From Ramazzottius varieornatus (Eukaryota > Animalia > Tardigrada): a stretch of 64,000 nucleotides of DNA. The DNA lies in NCBI GenBank assembly GCA_001949185.1, contig BDGG01000005.1, positions 992,001-1,056,000 on the forward strand, read 5' to 3'. Positions 24,751 to 40,609 of the stretch are shown piece after piece; the stretch's first letter is position 1, and each line of letters opens with the position of its first letter. The translations under genes were made by a program, and so were the position numbers. The notes beneath the pieces are model-generated. The model saw only the letters and a program-made list of their open reading frames with translations. It ran no database searches and was not told the DNA's origin.

Positions 24751-25521
24751 AAGAAAGGAAGATCGCAGATGACACGGGTCTTTAACGGTGGACCATCGTG
24801 GAACATCACTGTAATATCACAGTCATCAGACGATACTGATTCCTCATTCCCTACTCTAGTTGTCTTCGCTTTCTTTCTCGTGTTCCCGTCGACTTGTCCG
24901 TGATCTTTCGCTTTGGTCTGTCTGAGGATGGGACTTTGTCCAAGACTGACTTTCGAGATCTTTTTGAAGAAGGCGATGGGGACAGTGGTGCGTCAGCCAA
25001 ACACGTCTCCTCTCTTAATATTTCCTTCTCAACCTTCGCGGTTCGAGTGAAGCTTCGGAGTCCTGTTTTGTCAAGATCTTAGGACTCCTGTCGTTGGGAA
25101 AGTCCGCTTAATGTTCATCGTCCAAGTAGTCTAGCGATCCCTTTTTATTCGCAACTGGGAACTACTTCGTGGGCTGGATCATCACCCAGTTTCGAGCCGT
25201 TTCGATATTTTGCTGGACACTTCTGTTTTTAATGCGATGCTCAAGCTGCGAGTCCGGATCAGGGAACCTTTCCTCCCTTCCCACCCCCAGCTGTGATGAG
25301 GCCATCTGAGTAACCTGCCACAGATCGTCCGAATACAGTACATGGGATTGGTCGCCGTGGTTTGTTGGTTTAGTAATAAAATGTAAACGATATTAGAATT
25401 TGTAGAATAAATACGGGACGCGAAGCCGGCTTACAGTACAGCGCTTATAATACCACATAGCGAAGCTCGGTAGTTTTGGAATAATTTTCCAACTCAAGAC
25501 ATTTGATAGGAACCTTTTGCT

Positions 25522-27128
<1,607 letters not shown>

Positions 27129-28584
27129 CTTATTGACTTGACGAACTCAAAGATCTACAGCCCAAGAAAACAGCACTTTCAAACAACCTGACATGGAACA
27201 CAGTTACTGGTATTGACAACTGCCTGGCATGTGATATAACGTCGACAAGGTGGCTCACCGCGCGATCGACTAATCGATCTTACATTGGCAAGATGGAACT
27301 GCCGATTAGGAAAGGATCATCTTCCAGATAACCCTGCTGCAGACCTCGGAAGACTGGAACAGTGGACCATAGACACTTTCCGCACTTTGAATGCATCAAA
27401 AAGTTAGGCACGCTGTGCTTCCGAACCCTATAGAGGCGGCGACTTCGTCATCACGGAACTGACCGTTACTGACGTGAACTGCTTAGAAGGTCGGTATCGA
27501 GACTTTATCGGCTGATGTTCACTTACGACTAATGTTGTTTGTCCTTTCTCGCAAAGTCCGGGTTGGCCTCAAACTGTTCACCTCAGCTAATTTTGTTCCG
27601 CAACGGTGTTGTAGTAGTCTGTCCGGCTGTTCAGTCTGGTCCGTCCTACGCCCTCCTGTACAGCTTGAAGGGGCTTGTGGGCTGAGAGCGAGGGAAAGAG
27701 GTCCCCAGAGACCTCTTCCTGGTCGGAGCCACATTTGGCCGCAATCAGTTTCGACACGGAAAATAGGATTTATCGTTAGAAGATGCAATTACGCTTTGCT
27801 ATTGTTGTGCGATTTAGTGGCAATCAACAATCCCCAGAGACCGTTGGCGGCTCTTAAGGGGGAAAATCAGGCTCTTTGGAACCCAGTATATACGCATCGT
27901 AAATAATATCCGTCAAATCATTCACGAAAGTTCTCTGCGTTAATTCGGCTAGAAATAATTAAGCATGAAAGAAACTCTACGAAAAAGGCAGTATTATAAA
28001 GCGATCATTTCTGTGGATTATTAGCTCATGAAATGGAGCATTTGATACACGATTAATAGCGAAAGATGTGGGTATGAAATGACCTGAAGTGAAGCAATTA
28101 TGGACCGGCGCATGTGATAGGCGGTAATCTGATTTCACACTTTGCAATCAATCGACTTCATTAGACATCGATATTATGTCGACTCCCAAGACAATTACTT
28201 GCTCGGCTCCCAGTAAACGATCGCTCTTGCTGAATGAACGTCTTTGTCCTCCTCTTCAACGGAGGCAAGCGGATACGACTCAGTGGGAACAGTTTGATGG
28301 CTACGCTACTGAATGTCATCACGTCGACAAAACGTCTTCTTAAATGTCCCCTTTTCCACATTTCCCTTCCATGATTATCCATCGACACTTTCGGTAAACT
28401 GCCATCTTTAACAGGTGCTGGATTGTTAGTTGTCTTTGAAGTGATTGACTGTTTCTTTACGGACCATTAGAAAAAAGGCGAAATCCGAACCAGGAAGTTA
28501 ATCCGCAGAATTCCCATTTGATCGTTGGTCGACTGGAAGTGTTCAAGTGTTTAACTGACTTGATTGTTTGATCAACGAAAAATG

Positions 28585-28662
28585 GGAGTGACCTCATCTG
28601 AGTGGCGCACGTTTTCATTGCTATTCGCTGAGAGTGTGCGCCAGCTGGAACACGGTCTGAGT
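28585..28662. mobile_element. Palindromic mini-element, intergenic upstream of NK1
   Basis: Core 28603-28643, 27-nt spacer. Confidence 0.65.
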
Positions 28663-29259
28663 AGATTAGTCTGCTGGCGTCCCAATGATTTTTCCGAAAA
28701 GTGTGGTGTATTCCCGGTAGTTAAGTAAACGAGTATGCAATTATTGGGCGGAAGAAAGAAAAGCAGTGTAATTTTCTTGAATAGATATTGACTTTTAAAG
28801 AAGGTTGCGACAAACGAGGGGCTTTTGCGGTCTGGTTTCCTCCGAGGGGAGATATTGCTCGATGACGGAGATGTCGTTACACTTGTGAAGAGAGCAATTG
28901 CTCTGGTTTGTGGTATGTTGCCCAAAGCCGGGCCTGTCAATCTGCCATGAAAAATGACTCCTAATAAGCCCATTATAGCTCCGTTTCATTTCAAACGCGC
29001 TCCTCTTTATCGCTTGAAAGCACCAGCATTCAGCTATCAAATGATGTCTCTAACGCGCAACACTCCCATCCTTCATGACATTTCCGTTTCTAATTAACTC
29101 CCGTCCGGTCCAACATACGGCACACTTGTACCAAATCTATGGCTCCATTCCTAAAACGAACGAGAGCAAACTGAGTTCACCCCACGTTGTAGTGCCACAC
29201 AACACGGCGCAAGCCGTGAAAAATTCAACCAATGGTTCGCTGAAGAAATTCGATCTCTG

Positions 29260-29336
29260 GAAAGTCGTTAGCCCCAAGTCGCGCAATTTGCTTTGTTGTC
29301 GGCTGAAAACGTGCGCGACCTGAGGTGACGGTCATC
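29260..29336. mobile_element. Palindromic mini-element variant, intergenic
   Basis: Core 29279-29318, tcgcgca-26nt-tgcgcga. Confidence 0.6.
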
Positions 29337-31094
29337 CCGAGTCTGTTGCCGGCCTTTCAAATAGTTGCAAAATTCTTTTAAGGTTGGAAATACAAAGAAA
29401 TAAAACAAGCTGGCAAAGATTTTCGGGGTTTTGATGAACAGAGCCGGATTACATTTGTATCGGCATGTACGATTATGCCAAAGAATGGGAAGATTTCCGT
29501 AAATAATGCTTAATCCTCATCGAGGGCCAGATTAGTCGGTTGCAACCTGCTGTCGTCCCATCATTTAGCTAACATTCATAATATCAAACGTCCCCTTGCA
29601 CCCTTGCGGGATTGGTCGAGCATCATCAGCTTACTCCGAGTAGACGATGTTTAATTCTTTCCCCAGGTTAAAAAGAGGGGGGTGGAGGGGTTGGAGCTTC
29701 CCTCTTTTCCCTTTTTTGGTGTGAATCTCGTTTCCTATGGGAAATCTGAGACTGACACCAGCAAGACTTTTGATCAAAAGGTGTTTTTACGTGCTTTTAT
29801 CCGACTACATTGGGTGGAATGTGTTGGCGCAAGAAGAATCGTTCTCCGGTGTCTTAAACATTAAATTACGTCTGTCCTCGCTCATAAGGGATACACGAGT
29901 GCAAGTAATCAATTAAGAATTACGCAGATCTGCGTAGCTTTCCGCTTAACACCCTTATGGACACGTGCGGTGTCCACGCTTCCGTAATCTTTATCTCGTT
30001 CCCCATTGTTCGACAGCCCATGATGTGGTTCTTGAGCGAAAAACATCCAAAAGCCAGGCGCGTAGTTCGGCAAAAACCAAATTCTTTCGATGCTGAGACC
30101 ACAGATGTAACGACGTCAAAACGGAAGAAGAGGTCGCAAGTTCTGCAGTGGAAAACCGAGCAAAGGCTTGATTTCAGCTTTCAAAACCCTATTTCAGCAT
30201 ACAAATTTCGATATGGCTAGGCCGAGTTCAAGCCGTCAACCAAAAGAACTTGCGTGGGATACGTAGGCAATCAACAGATCAAAAATGAACTCAGCTTTCG
30301 ATCCGTGGACTGGTTCCTTCTGACTTATCGCGAGATTTTCACACGAGTATGTCTACATTTCATTCGAGATTAATTTATCATTCGAACTTCCTTTCCCCAA
30401 GGCGTTTTTCCGCAGCAGGACGAGCAGTGCTTCTTTAGGTATTTCGAATAATATGAAATTATTTTGTATGACTGTTCAAGAAAGATTCTGTTGTTGAAAA
30501 AACGCCGTCGTCCAAAGCTGCGCGCACGGATGGAGAATCTGGGATGGCGGAGGATGCGAGAAGGAGGTTTAATGGCGTTGGGGTTTTTCGCATAAAAGGC
30601 CGATAAGGAGTCTAAAATGCCCTGTTCGGTGATGTTATTAGCGAACGATTGGCTCAGTGAGTCGCTGATGATGCTCGACCAATCCCGCGCCTGCTCTTCA
30701 ACTTCCATCCGTAAGTACAGCAATGAGTTACAGTGGCTGGTCCATCAACAAATCATTCTCATGATCTCTTAGCAGGCTGTGCGAAAAGAGGGATGGAAGG
30801 AAGGAAGTCGGTAGCATTAATTTGAACAGTTTATCGCAAAGGACTGGATCCGAGTAGGCCGTAGACCGGAAGGCTGAACAGCGACTGTTACAGAATAGAG
30901 GAGAACGAGTGGAGGGAGGAAGGAGAAGATTTGTGGATGGTCCATTCAAATCATCATTAGAAGCTGTGATTGCCATCGTCTGTTTCGCTAAAGAGAGTTA
31001 GTATATCAATCGCTTCATCCGCAGCTTCCGAATTAGTTTACAGCGGACAAAGCAGCGAACTTTTTCTTTACTTCATTCATTTCCCTACTCCAGA

Positions 31095-33799
<2,705 letters not shown>

Positions 33800-35739
33800 G
33801 TCACGCACCGGTTATTCTAACAGTAACTGCAGCAGTATGTTCTTCCAGACTGAAGAGTGCTTTTCAAGATTATTGCTTGATGAACTCGCTCTTAGAAGTT
33901 CGTTCTGGTTTGTAAATGGTCAAGTGTGACATTACGAGAAAATCTTGACGGGTGTTGAGTTTTGGGGCTTCGGCGGTCGATGGAGGAAATAACGGTATAA
34001 CCGACACAAATGTGGCCATTTCCGCTTTGGATTGCGCCCATATGTTTGAGTTATCTTCTGACGATTGGCCAAACGAGCGACAGATTGGCTGTGCATGCAA
34101 ATATGCGGAGAATGGAATAATTGCTAGTAGTTAACAGGGTCCCTTTTGGTAAATGGTGCGGAAGCGCCAGCGCAAGTGTCACTTTCTTGATCGAGTTATT
34201 TGTAGGTTAGAGATCGCTACAAGGCCTGAAGGAGCGCGCTTGTGACTCCCAGAGGGATCCATTCACTGCGGTCAATTAAGACACCCTAATGAAGAGCACT
34301 TGATGACATGGTACTTAAACAGACCAAAGTGTCACTCTGGACTAGCTCTAAACACCATTCAAACTTGTTTACGACACGAAACTGCCGCGGACTTTCGACG
34401 AACCCGGATGGCCCATTGTCCAGGTCGCCGTTACTCGTACACTGAAACTACATGGTAAGCACCAAAACGCCGTTCTTTTGTTCAATTTCCACGTATTAAT
34501 GCTTTCAACGTTTCTTATTATTTGGATGTTCATTTAAAATAAACGGTAAGGTTCTCCCTGGAGTACTGCAACCTTTATTTTTACTGTAGCAAATCGAATA
34601 AATTGTGAATACCTTAAGATTCCTTCCTTTGTCCAGACCATTGATAGCCAAATTATACTCGGGGAGGCAGCTCAAAAAGAATTTTGATAAAGTTCGAAAG
34701 AGAAGAATGCCACGAGGTCTTCAATTAGTGCTGTTTTTTCTGTCGTTCATCAGCAATATTTTGCGGGCGCCGTTGCTAATCTTCACCAGCGTCATCGCCA
34801 AATAACTGGCCAAGTGTGGGCAGTTATTAATCATTTACACGTCTATTTTCAATAGGCATGTTTACTCGGCAGAAATGGCGTAAGGGAAAATGTCGCTCTT
34901 GCGCATGTACTGTCTATTTACGCATGAGAGAAAATGCTATGAGTGAAATCAACGCTGCTGCGAGGATGGGTTCTTGGCACTGAAGTGACAGCACGCACAA
35001 AATGGAACAAGGATTTAGCAGACTCCTTTTGCTAAGATCAAGCGCTTCAGTTCCGGACGAACGACGATAAGCGTCTGTGAATCTCGACACCTCCCTGATT
35101 GCTCTAATTAGCATTTTCCATAAAGCTCATATGCAGCCATCCTCATTACGCAGCCGTCAATCAACGTCCTTTTTCTCTTCTTGGCTACTGCACAGTTGGT
35201 CGCACTCACATATGCATGTCCATCTTACCATTTCCTCTCAAGACTTCTCCAGGCATCCTCAGATGTCAGAACTAGACCATGAATCAACAAAATCCGCCCA
35301 TGATTCGGAAGCATCAAGCCTTGGGTCTCCAAGTCCAGTGGCACACACAGCAAAGCGGAAATACTCTTTCGTACAAACCTACGCATGCATAAAAGCTTTG
35401 ACATTTTTGTGGTTTTCGAAATTTTACTACAATGTGGCATGGAGAAACTCGACAATTTTCGATAAAGATATTAAAGAATAAGAACTAGAGAGACATGACA
35501 TAAAGTGAGATGGCGACACCGAGATTACAACACAGATTGAGGACGTGTCACTTACTTGTACATTGACTAGTACTCGAAGGAACACTGAAACAGGAACCGA
35601 AGCATCAATGGAAAAAGACATCACATGACGAGAATAAAAAAGGACGAGAACTTAAATTACCACAAGGAACGTATTATAGTAGAATACCCGACAGCTGTGC
35701 CTCGTTGGACCAAGGAATTTTCGGCGAAGGTGCAAGGCT

Positions 35740-37458
35740 TCATTTGGTCTTCCGGCCCGCGGTGATGTCGGTGCGGCTGGTGATAAGTCGAGTCTTCAGG
35801 TTACCTGAAAGGAGACCAACGGACTGAGCTGTAGACAATGCCCAGAAGATTTGGAAGGTTGATGGTACTGTATCAGCTTACCGATTAAGTCTCCAGCCGC
35901 CTTCAGCGCTCCTGCCTTGTGCATGCCCGGAGCCAGCAGCAAGAAAGTGGTCAACAGGTGTAAGAAGACCGTGTTGTTCACTTTAGCGAAGAACCAAGCG
36001 ATGGATAGGAAGATGAGTGCCAAGCCCATGCTGGTGGCTCGAGGCATGTCCTTTCGTAAGGTCTGACCAAAGACCCACAAGTAGGTGAAGTAGTTCTGCA
36101 CAGCCAAGATCCAGTTGCAGGCCTCGTCCAAGCGCTTATCATCCGAAGTACTCCTGCAAAACAATTCCTATATGGGACCGAGGTAAATGAACTCAGCAAG
36201 ACGCACGCTCTTGATCAAAACACCGTAAACGTGCGCCACATGGAAAACGTCTTCCCGGAAGCAACGAAAGAAACCTGAACGAACTTACCATTGTTCAGTG
36301 TTGATCAAGGCCGGTGCGACGAGAGGAATAGCGAAGTCAGCAGCGGTCACGAGGATGCCAACGAGAGAGAAGAGTGACAGGATGGACAGGTTCATTGACC
36401 AGATCGTCACGAAGACCACAGTGTTGGTTCCGATGAGGACAGCCGGGTGCCACGGTCGTTTCCAGTGTAGAACGTCCATCAGCATGACCACCAGTGGACG
36501 CCAGGCCACCAAGTAGTTCTTCAAATCTTTATGCTTGTCCGCAAAGCTCTTTCGAGCAGGCTGTTTGGCCGGGGTCTGGATCTGCGCCGAGAAAGTATCG
36601 CTGCCACCGGGCAGGGTACTGGCTTCGAACACGTCCGTGCTGGATGTTATGTTCAGGCCGGGACGTTCCGAGAACGCAAAGCTGACGTTGTTTCCGTTAT
36701 AGAACGTGTCGTCGTTAGGGTTGAAGTTGTTTGCCGGAATGTCGGCAGGCGCTATGAAGGAAAACAGAACTCAAATAGGAGCAATGAATCAAGCCAATCA
36801 ACAACAGCAAAGTCCGAATTTTACTAATTGGTCCGAAGACAGACCCAGTGCGCAGGTGTGCACTGTGCACCGGGTCAAGAGACACGAGAACGTCCGCGCT
36901 ATATGCACAGCGCAAAGAAATGCTCAGTGGCCACCGCCTACTGCATGCACCAAATGGCTCTGAATACTAACCAGACGGAAAGCGACGACTGTTGTCCTCC
37001 TCGAAGCTTCCTCCACTGCTTCCCTTTGCGTTCTGATTTCCACTGTCGGAGGGCATGTCGTCTCGAACTCTGGTGGTGGTCTGACTTTCAAAGCGAGATG
37101 TTTCACCAGCTGATCTGCCGTCGTCAGAGCCTCCACGAGCGTCGACGCTGTCATGCACTTCCGTCACCGAGCCTCGTCGTCCTCCAGCCACAGTTGGACT
37201 TCCGGAAGTTCCCTGTGGATGAGCGTGGGGGTAAGTGTCGATCTCAAACTTTGGCGTGTCCGTCTTGTGAGGCACCAGCACTTCAGAAGGCGCGCCGTTG
37301 TCGAACAGAGTGGAATCCAGAAGATGACGTCCAGTTGGAGTAAATACAGCACCTTCATTCTGAGATCCAGCTGGATGGGAGCTGCCAACGAAGGTACTGT
37401 CGATGAGCTTCTCATCCATACCGTAGTCCTTTGACAAGCTGAATCGAGCTTCAGCCAT
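35740..37458 (-). CDS. ARL6IP1: ARL6IP1-like ER-shaping membrane protein with long N-terminal extension
   Basis: W..LVVML.DVLHWKRPWHP, ADFAIPLVAP.L..EQWSTSDDKRLDEAC and AKVNNTVFLHLLTTFLLLAPGM align by eye with ARL6IP1. Four exons; basic C-terminus GRKTK. Confidence 0.8.
36181..36255. mobile_element. Degenerate palindromic mini-element, ARL6IP1 intron
   Basis: agacgca-26nt-tgcgccac; left arm ggtaaatgaac. Confidence 0.55.
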
Positions 37459-38118
37459 CCTGGAAGGAAAACAAGGTAGAAGAAAGTAGAACAGTCTTAT
37501 ATAGCACACCCCGAACTCTGACGGAAGCATCATTTCGTGACATTAAATTTTTGAAGTTAACCACTTACCTTGTAACTCAAGCGACGTGCTCTTTTAGAGT
37601 ACCACGAAGATATCAAGTTAGATGAGTACCTATGCCGGAATGGAACACCTCAGATCTTGATAGCTGTCAGGGTCAGACTGAAATAGTCAGAACACCAACG
37701 GGATGACTTCGCTGTTAAAGCTGAAGAAATGGCCCGTCTTATCTACCTATCAAAATTAATCAAACGGCAACAGCCAACAGGCAACAGCCGAAAGGCGGAG
37801 CTGGTGAAGGGACAACTGAAGAGAAAGCGAAAAATTCCCAAACAAACGTGACGCATTACGTGGCGTCATGCGCTGCAGGATTAAATTTTCTAGAAGATTC
37901 ATACAGTATACGAGCTGTTTTGGACGTTTTTCACGGGTTTTGCGATCAGTTTCGGGGACGTCGAGACGGAGTATTCTTAGCCGTTGTGTTCTCACGAGAC
38001 ATGAGTTGTTGTGTCTTGTGGATGCTTGGGAAGAAAGACGGAAGTCTAGCGGATCGGCAGAAGCTTAGCTCCGCTGCTCCAGCCTCCCGCTCATCGGCAG
38101 GCCGAAGGAAAGACACAG

Positions 38119-38460
38119 ATGGAAAGGATCAAGCACCGCAAGAAATTTCGCCTGGACAGCTTCGCCGATTTCGTGACGCTGACTGCCGAATAGGGTACAG
38201 GAAACCGCAACATGGAAATACGACGTGCGTGCAGACGCTAGAATGCTGACAGTATACAGGCTGACAGACAAAGAAGGAAACGCCATAATAACCGAGTGCT
38301 TACGCCTCGAACTCTGTTCTGTTCCTCCCGACAAACACGAATCATCCTTACAATACTTCGCTCCTACCTACCGCTCCCGCGGACAGAAGGTTGAGTCACC
38401 GGTTGTTCGGAATGTGATTGGAAAGCGTATTCTAACATCCCCCGCCGAGCTGCGATCAAC
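38119..38460 (+). pseudogene. Dispersed fragment of the gene A family (middle domain)
   Basis: MERIKHRKKFRLDSFADFVTL / frameshift / VQETATWKYDVRADARMLTVYRL...ECLRLEL...PTYRSRGQK...IGKRILTSPAEL matches gene A FADFVML..WKYDVRKEDRILTVYRL...LLGKTTLTSPLDL. Confidence 0.75.
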
Positions 38461-38708
38461 ACGACCGAAAATGTTTCCAGCGTAGCGATACTCAGACAGG
38501 TTTTTACCCATCGAAACATCCACGCACATATAGTGTAGTGGTTCCGTGAAGGAACATTCTTCTCTTTTTCTCTTCGTTTCTTCTCAACTCCCGAAATGCT
38601 TTTTTTTCTGCCAATTGCTTCTCGTTTTTGGGAAGTTTTGTGTACTAATTTGGGAATCGAATTGCGTTGATGGAAACCCCACTAAAGGCTCTCCGTCGAA
38701 GTCTGTAT

Positions 38709-38937
38709 TCAGGCCGAGCGAAGCCAGGCCCTTTTAAGTCTGTCGAGATTTTAATGGACGATCAGATTCTTCGAGCTTTCAGATATCGCAAACACAGTAC
38801 TGAAAAAAGACACGCCACTTGATCGGGGCGATTAAAAATTTTACTGGGGAACCGTACTGTAAGTCACAAGTAAAAGTGCTCGCTCTATGGTTTGCCTCCT
38901 TTGCTCGGCCTTTCCAGTGGTCAGAACCACTAGCTAG
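38709..38937 (+). mobile_element. Non-autonomous Helentron/Helitron-like element, copy 1 (~230 bp)
   Basis: 5' TC, subterminal IR aggccgagcgaagc.aggc / gcctcctttgctcggcct, 3' hairpin agtggt-caga-accact and CTAG|T end; second copy at 55418-55647. Confidence 0.7.
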
Positions 38938-39364
38938 TAAACTTATAGTATCCGTGACAGAACTGCATGAAAAACCGCACAGTTGCCGACAAATAAACCC
39001 TCCGGAAATGGATACATCATAAACTGAACGCCGAAAGTTCGCCAAGTTCGTCCCTCATACTCACGCTTGTGCTCAGGCACCCTTTCTCGCTACCGAACGC
39101 AGGCTTTCTGACAGTAGCAGCGAAAGGTCTTTATACGGATACATCCACAGAGAACTGCTGTCGATACAAGGCACGAAACTCCTCAAAGGTAAATATCTCA
39201 TCTCTGACCGGGCCATAGGAAACCTGAACGCTGCTCGTCGACGGAAATTGGATATGGCCAAAAACTGACCCCAGGATATCCCTCAGTGTACCACGGGGCA
39301 GGCCCTTTGATTCCTCTGCAGCCTGCTTTCGTTCAGCCCACCTAAACTAAAAATCCAAAATCGT

Positions 39365-40163
39365 CTAGAAAATCGTGCCCATAAACGAGGAACCTATTAC
39401 AGCCCTTAATACATAGGCGTGGGCAACTTGATAAAGGAGGATCTCGTTCTTCGGTTTGAAGCTCATCTCAGTTTGCTTGACAGTTTCTAGCAACATGTCG
39501 TAGCTGACGGTGTCCATTTCTTCCAGAGGAGATTCAACCGAGCGGCTCATTAGATCAGCCGACACTCGTGAAGCGGATCGCACAATTCCATGTTCAGCTA
39601 GTTCTCTCCCTATAATTGGCATTTAGGTAGACAGTCGCTGCACGATTATTGGAAACCATCCGTATTAAAGCACTTTTTTACCTTGGTAACGATGAACGGT
39701 AGCCTTTCACTGTCGAAGTCTAACTTCCGCACAGAGTTCAGAACAAAGTGCTCAGCGCACTTCAGCACGTCCATGACATTGAGCCACTCCATGTCGAATG
39801 TCCGGTTACTGTACAGAAACTGGAGAACGACTGGTAAAACTTCGGCAGAGTATTTCGGGATAGTTAATGCGATCTCTGCAGATTTCACGTTCGGTCCGTA
39901 GAACATGACGCAGCAGACTTTACTTCCGATTGCCGGGATCAGTCTAAAGAAAAACGAAGTTAGAACTGTTTTAAGATCATGCTTTGACCGGACTACATTT
40001 GAACCTAGCGTACTCGATTATGGGCCGGGACTTTCTCAAGCGCACGTTCTTCGTTCGGAGCACGAATGATTTCACCTGGAATAGATAGGTTCTCCAGAAG
40101 AAATTCGTCCCGCATCCGCGACTTCCTCGCTTTCCCCTATCATCCTCGATCGACGTTCCTCAT
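39365..40163 (-). pseudogene. Degenerate BTB/POZ-BACK domain gene
   Basis: VPAH..., AIGSKV..VMFYGP, IPKYSAEVLPVVLQFLYS and NVMDVLKCAEHFVL (BTB); MDTVSYDMLLETVKQTEMSFKPKNEILLYQ (BACK-like). Frame breaks and a stop near the start. Confidence 0.6.
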
Positions 40164-40609
40164 ATTCTGCGGGTCCGACTAATGACAACCGAGCGCTGGT
40201 TGCATGTATCTGGTTCAGTGTTCGAGAGGAACAACTGAAATCGAAATACTGGAGGAACTGGAAGTGACCGGAAGGGAATTTCAGTTTTCAACAAGATTCC
40301 TTTTGTTTATTACCGCGGTATTCAACAGCGACATTGCGCTTTGCCTGACCAGCTGTGCCTAATTAACGAGAGACCACGACTCTGCTCTTGTTGATTGATT
40401 GCATGATTGGTGGTCACAACGGGCATGAAGCGCAATTCCCATGATAACTGAGTGACGTATTGCGCAATGGCACCCAAAACTTATCACCAGCTGAAGGAGA
40501 ACGGTTTTCTTTGCAGTGTGCACCTGACCCGGGTACGGTCATTGTTCGATGAACGTACTCCATAATCTGCCGACAGGACTAGCAGGAAAAGCCAGTGCGC
40601 TCATGCATT

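Noticed and set aside
24850-25140. Basic/Ser-rich coding-like stretch on the minus strand, possibly another family fragment (ARLLGR*TL)
   Set aside because: Similarity too short, with stops; cannot be supported by eye.
27200-31000. Short ORFs in the long region upstream of NK1
   Set aside because: No coding signature; probably cis-regulatory DNA, but no individual enhancer can be delimited from sequence.
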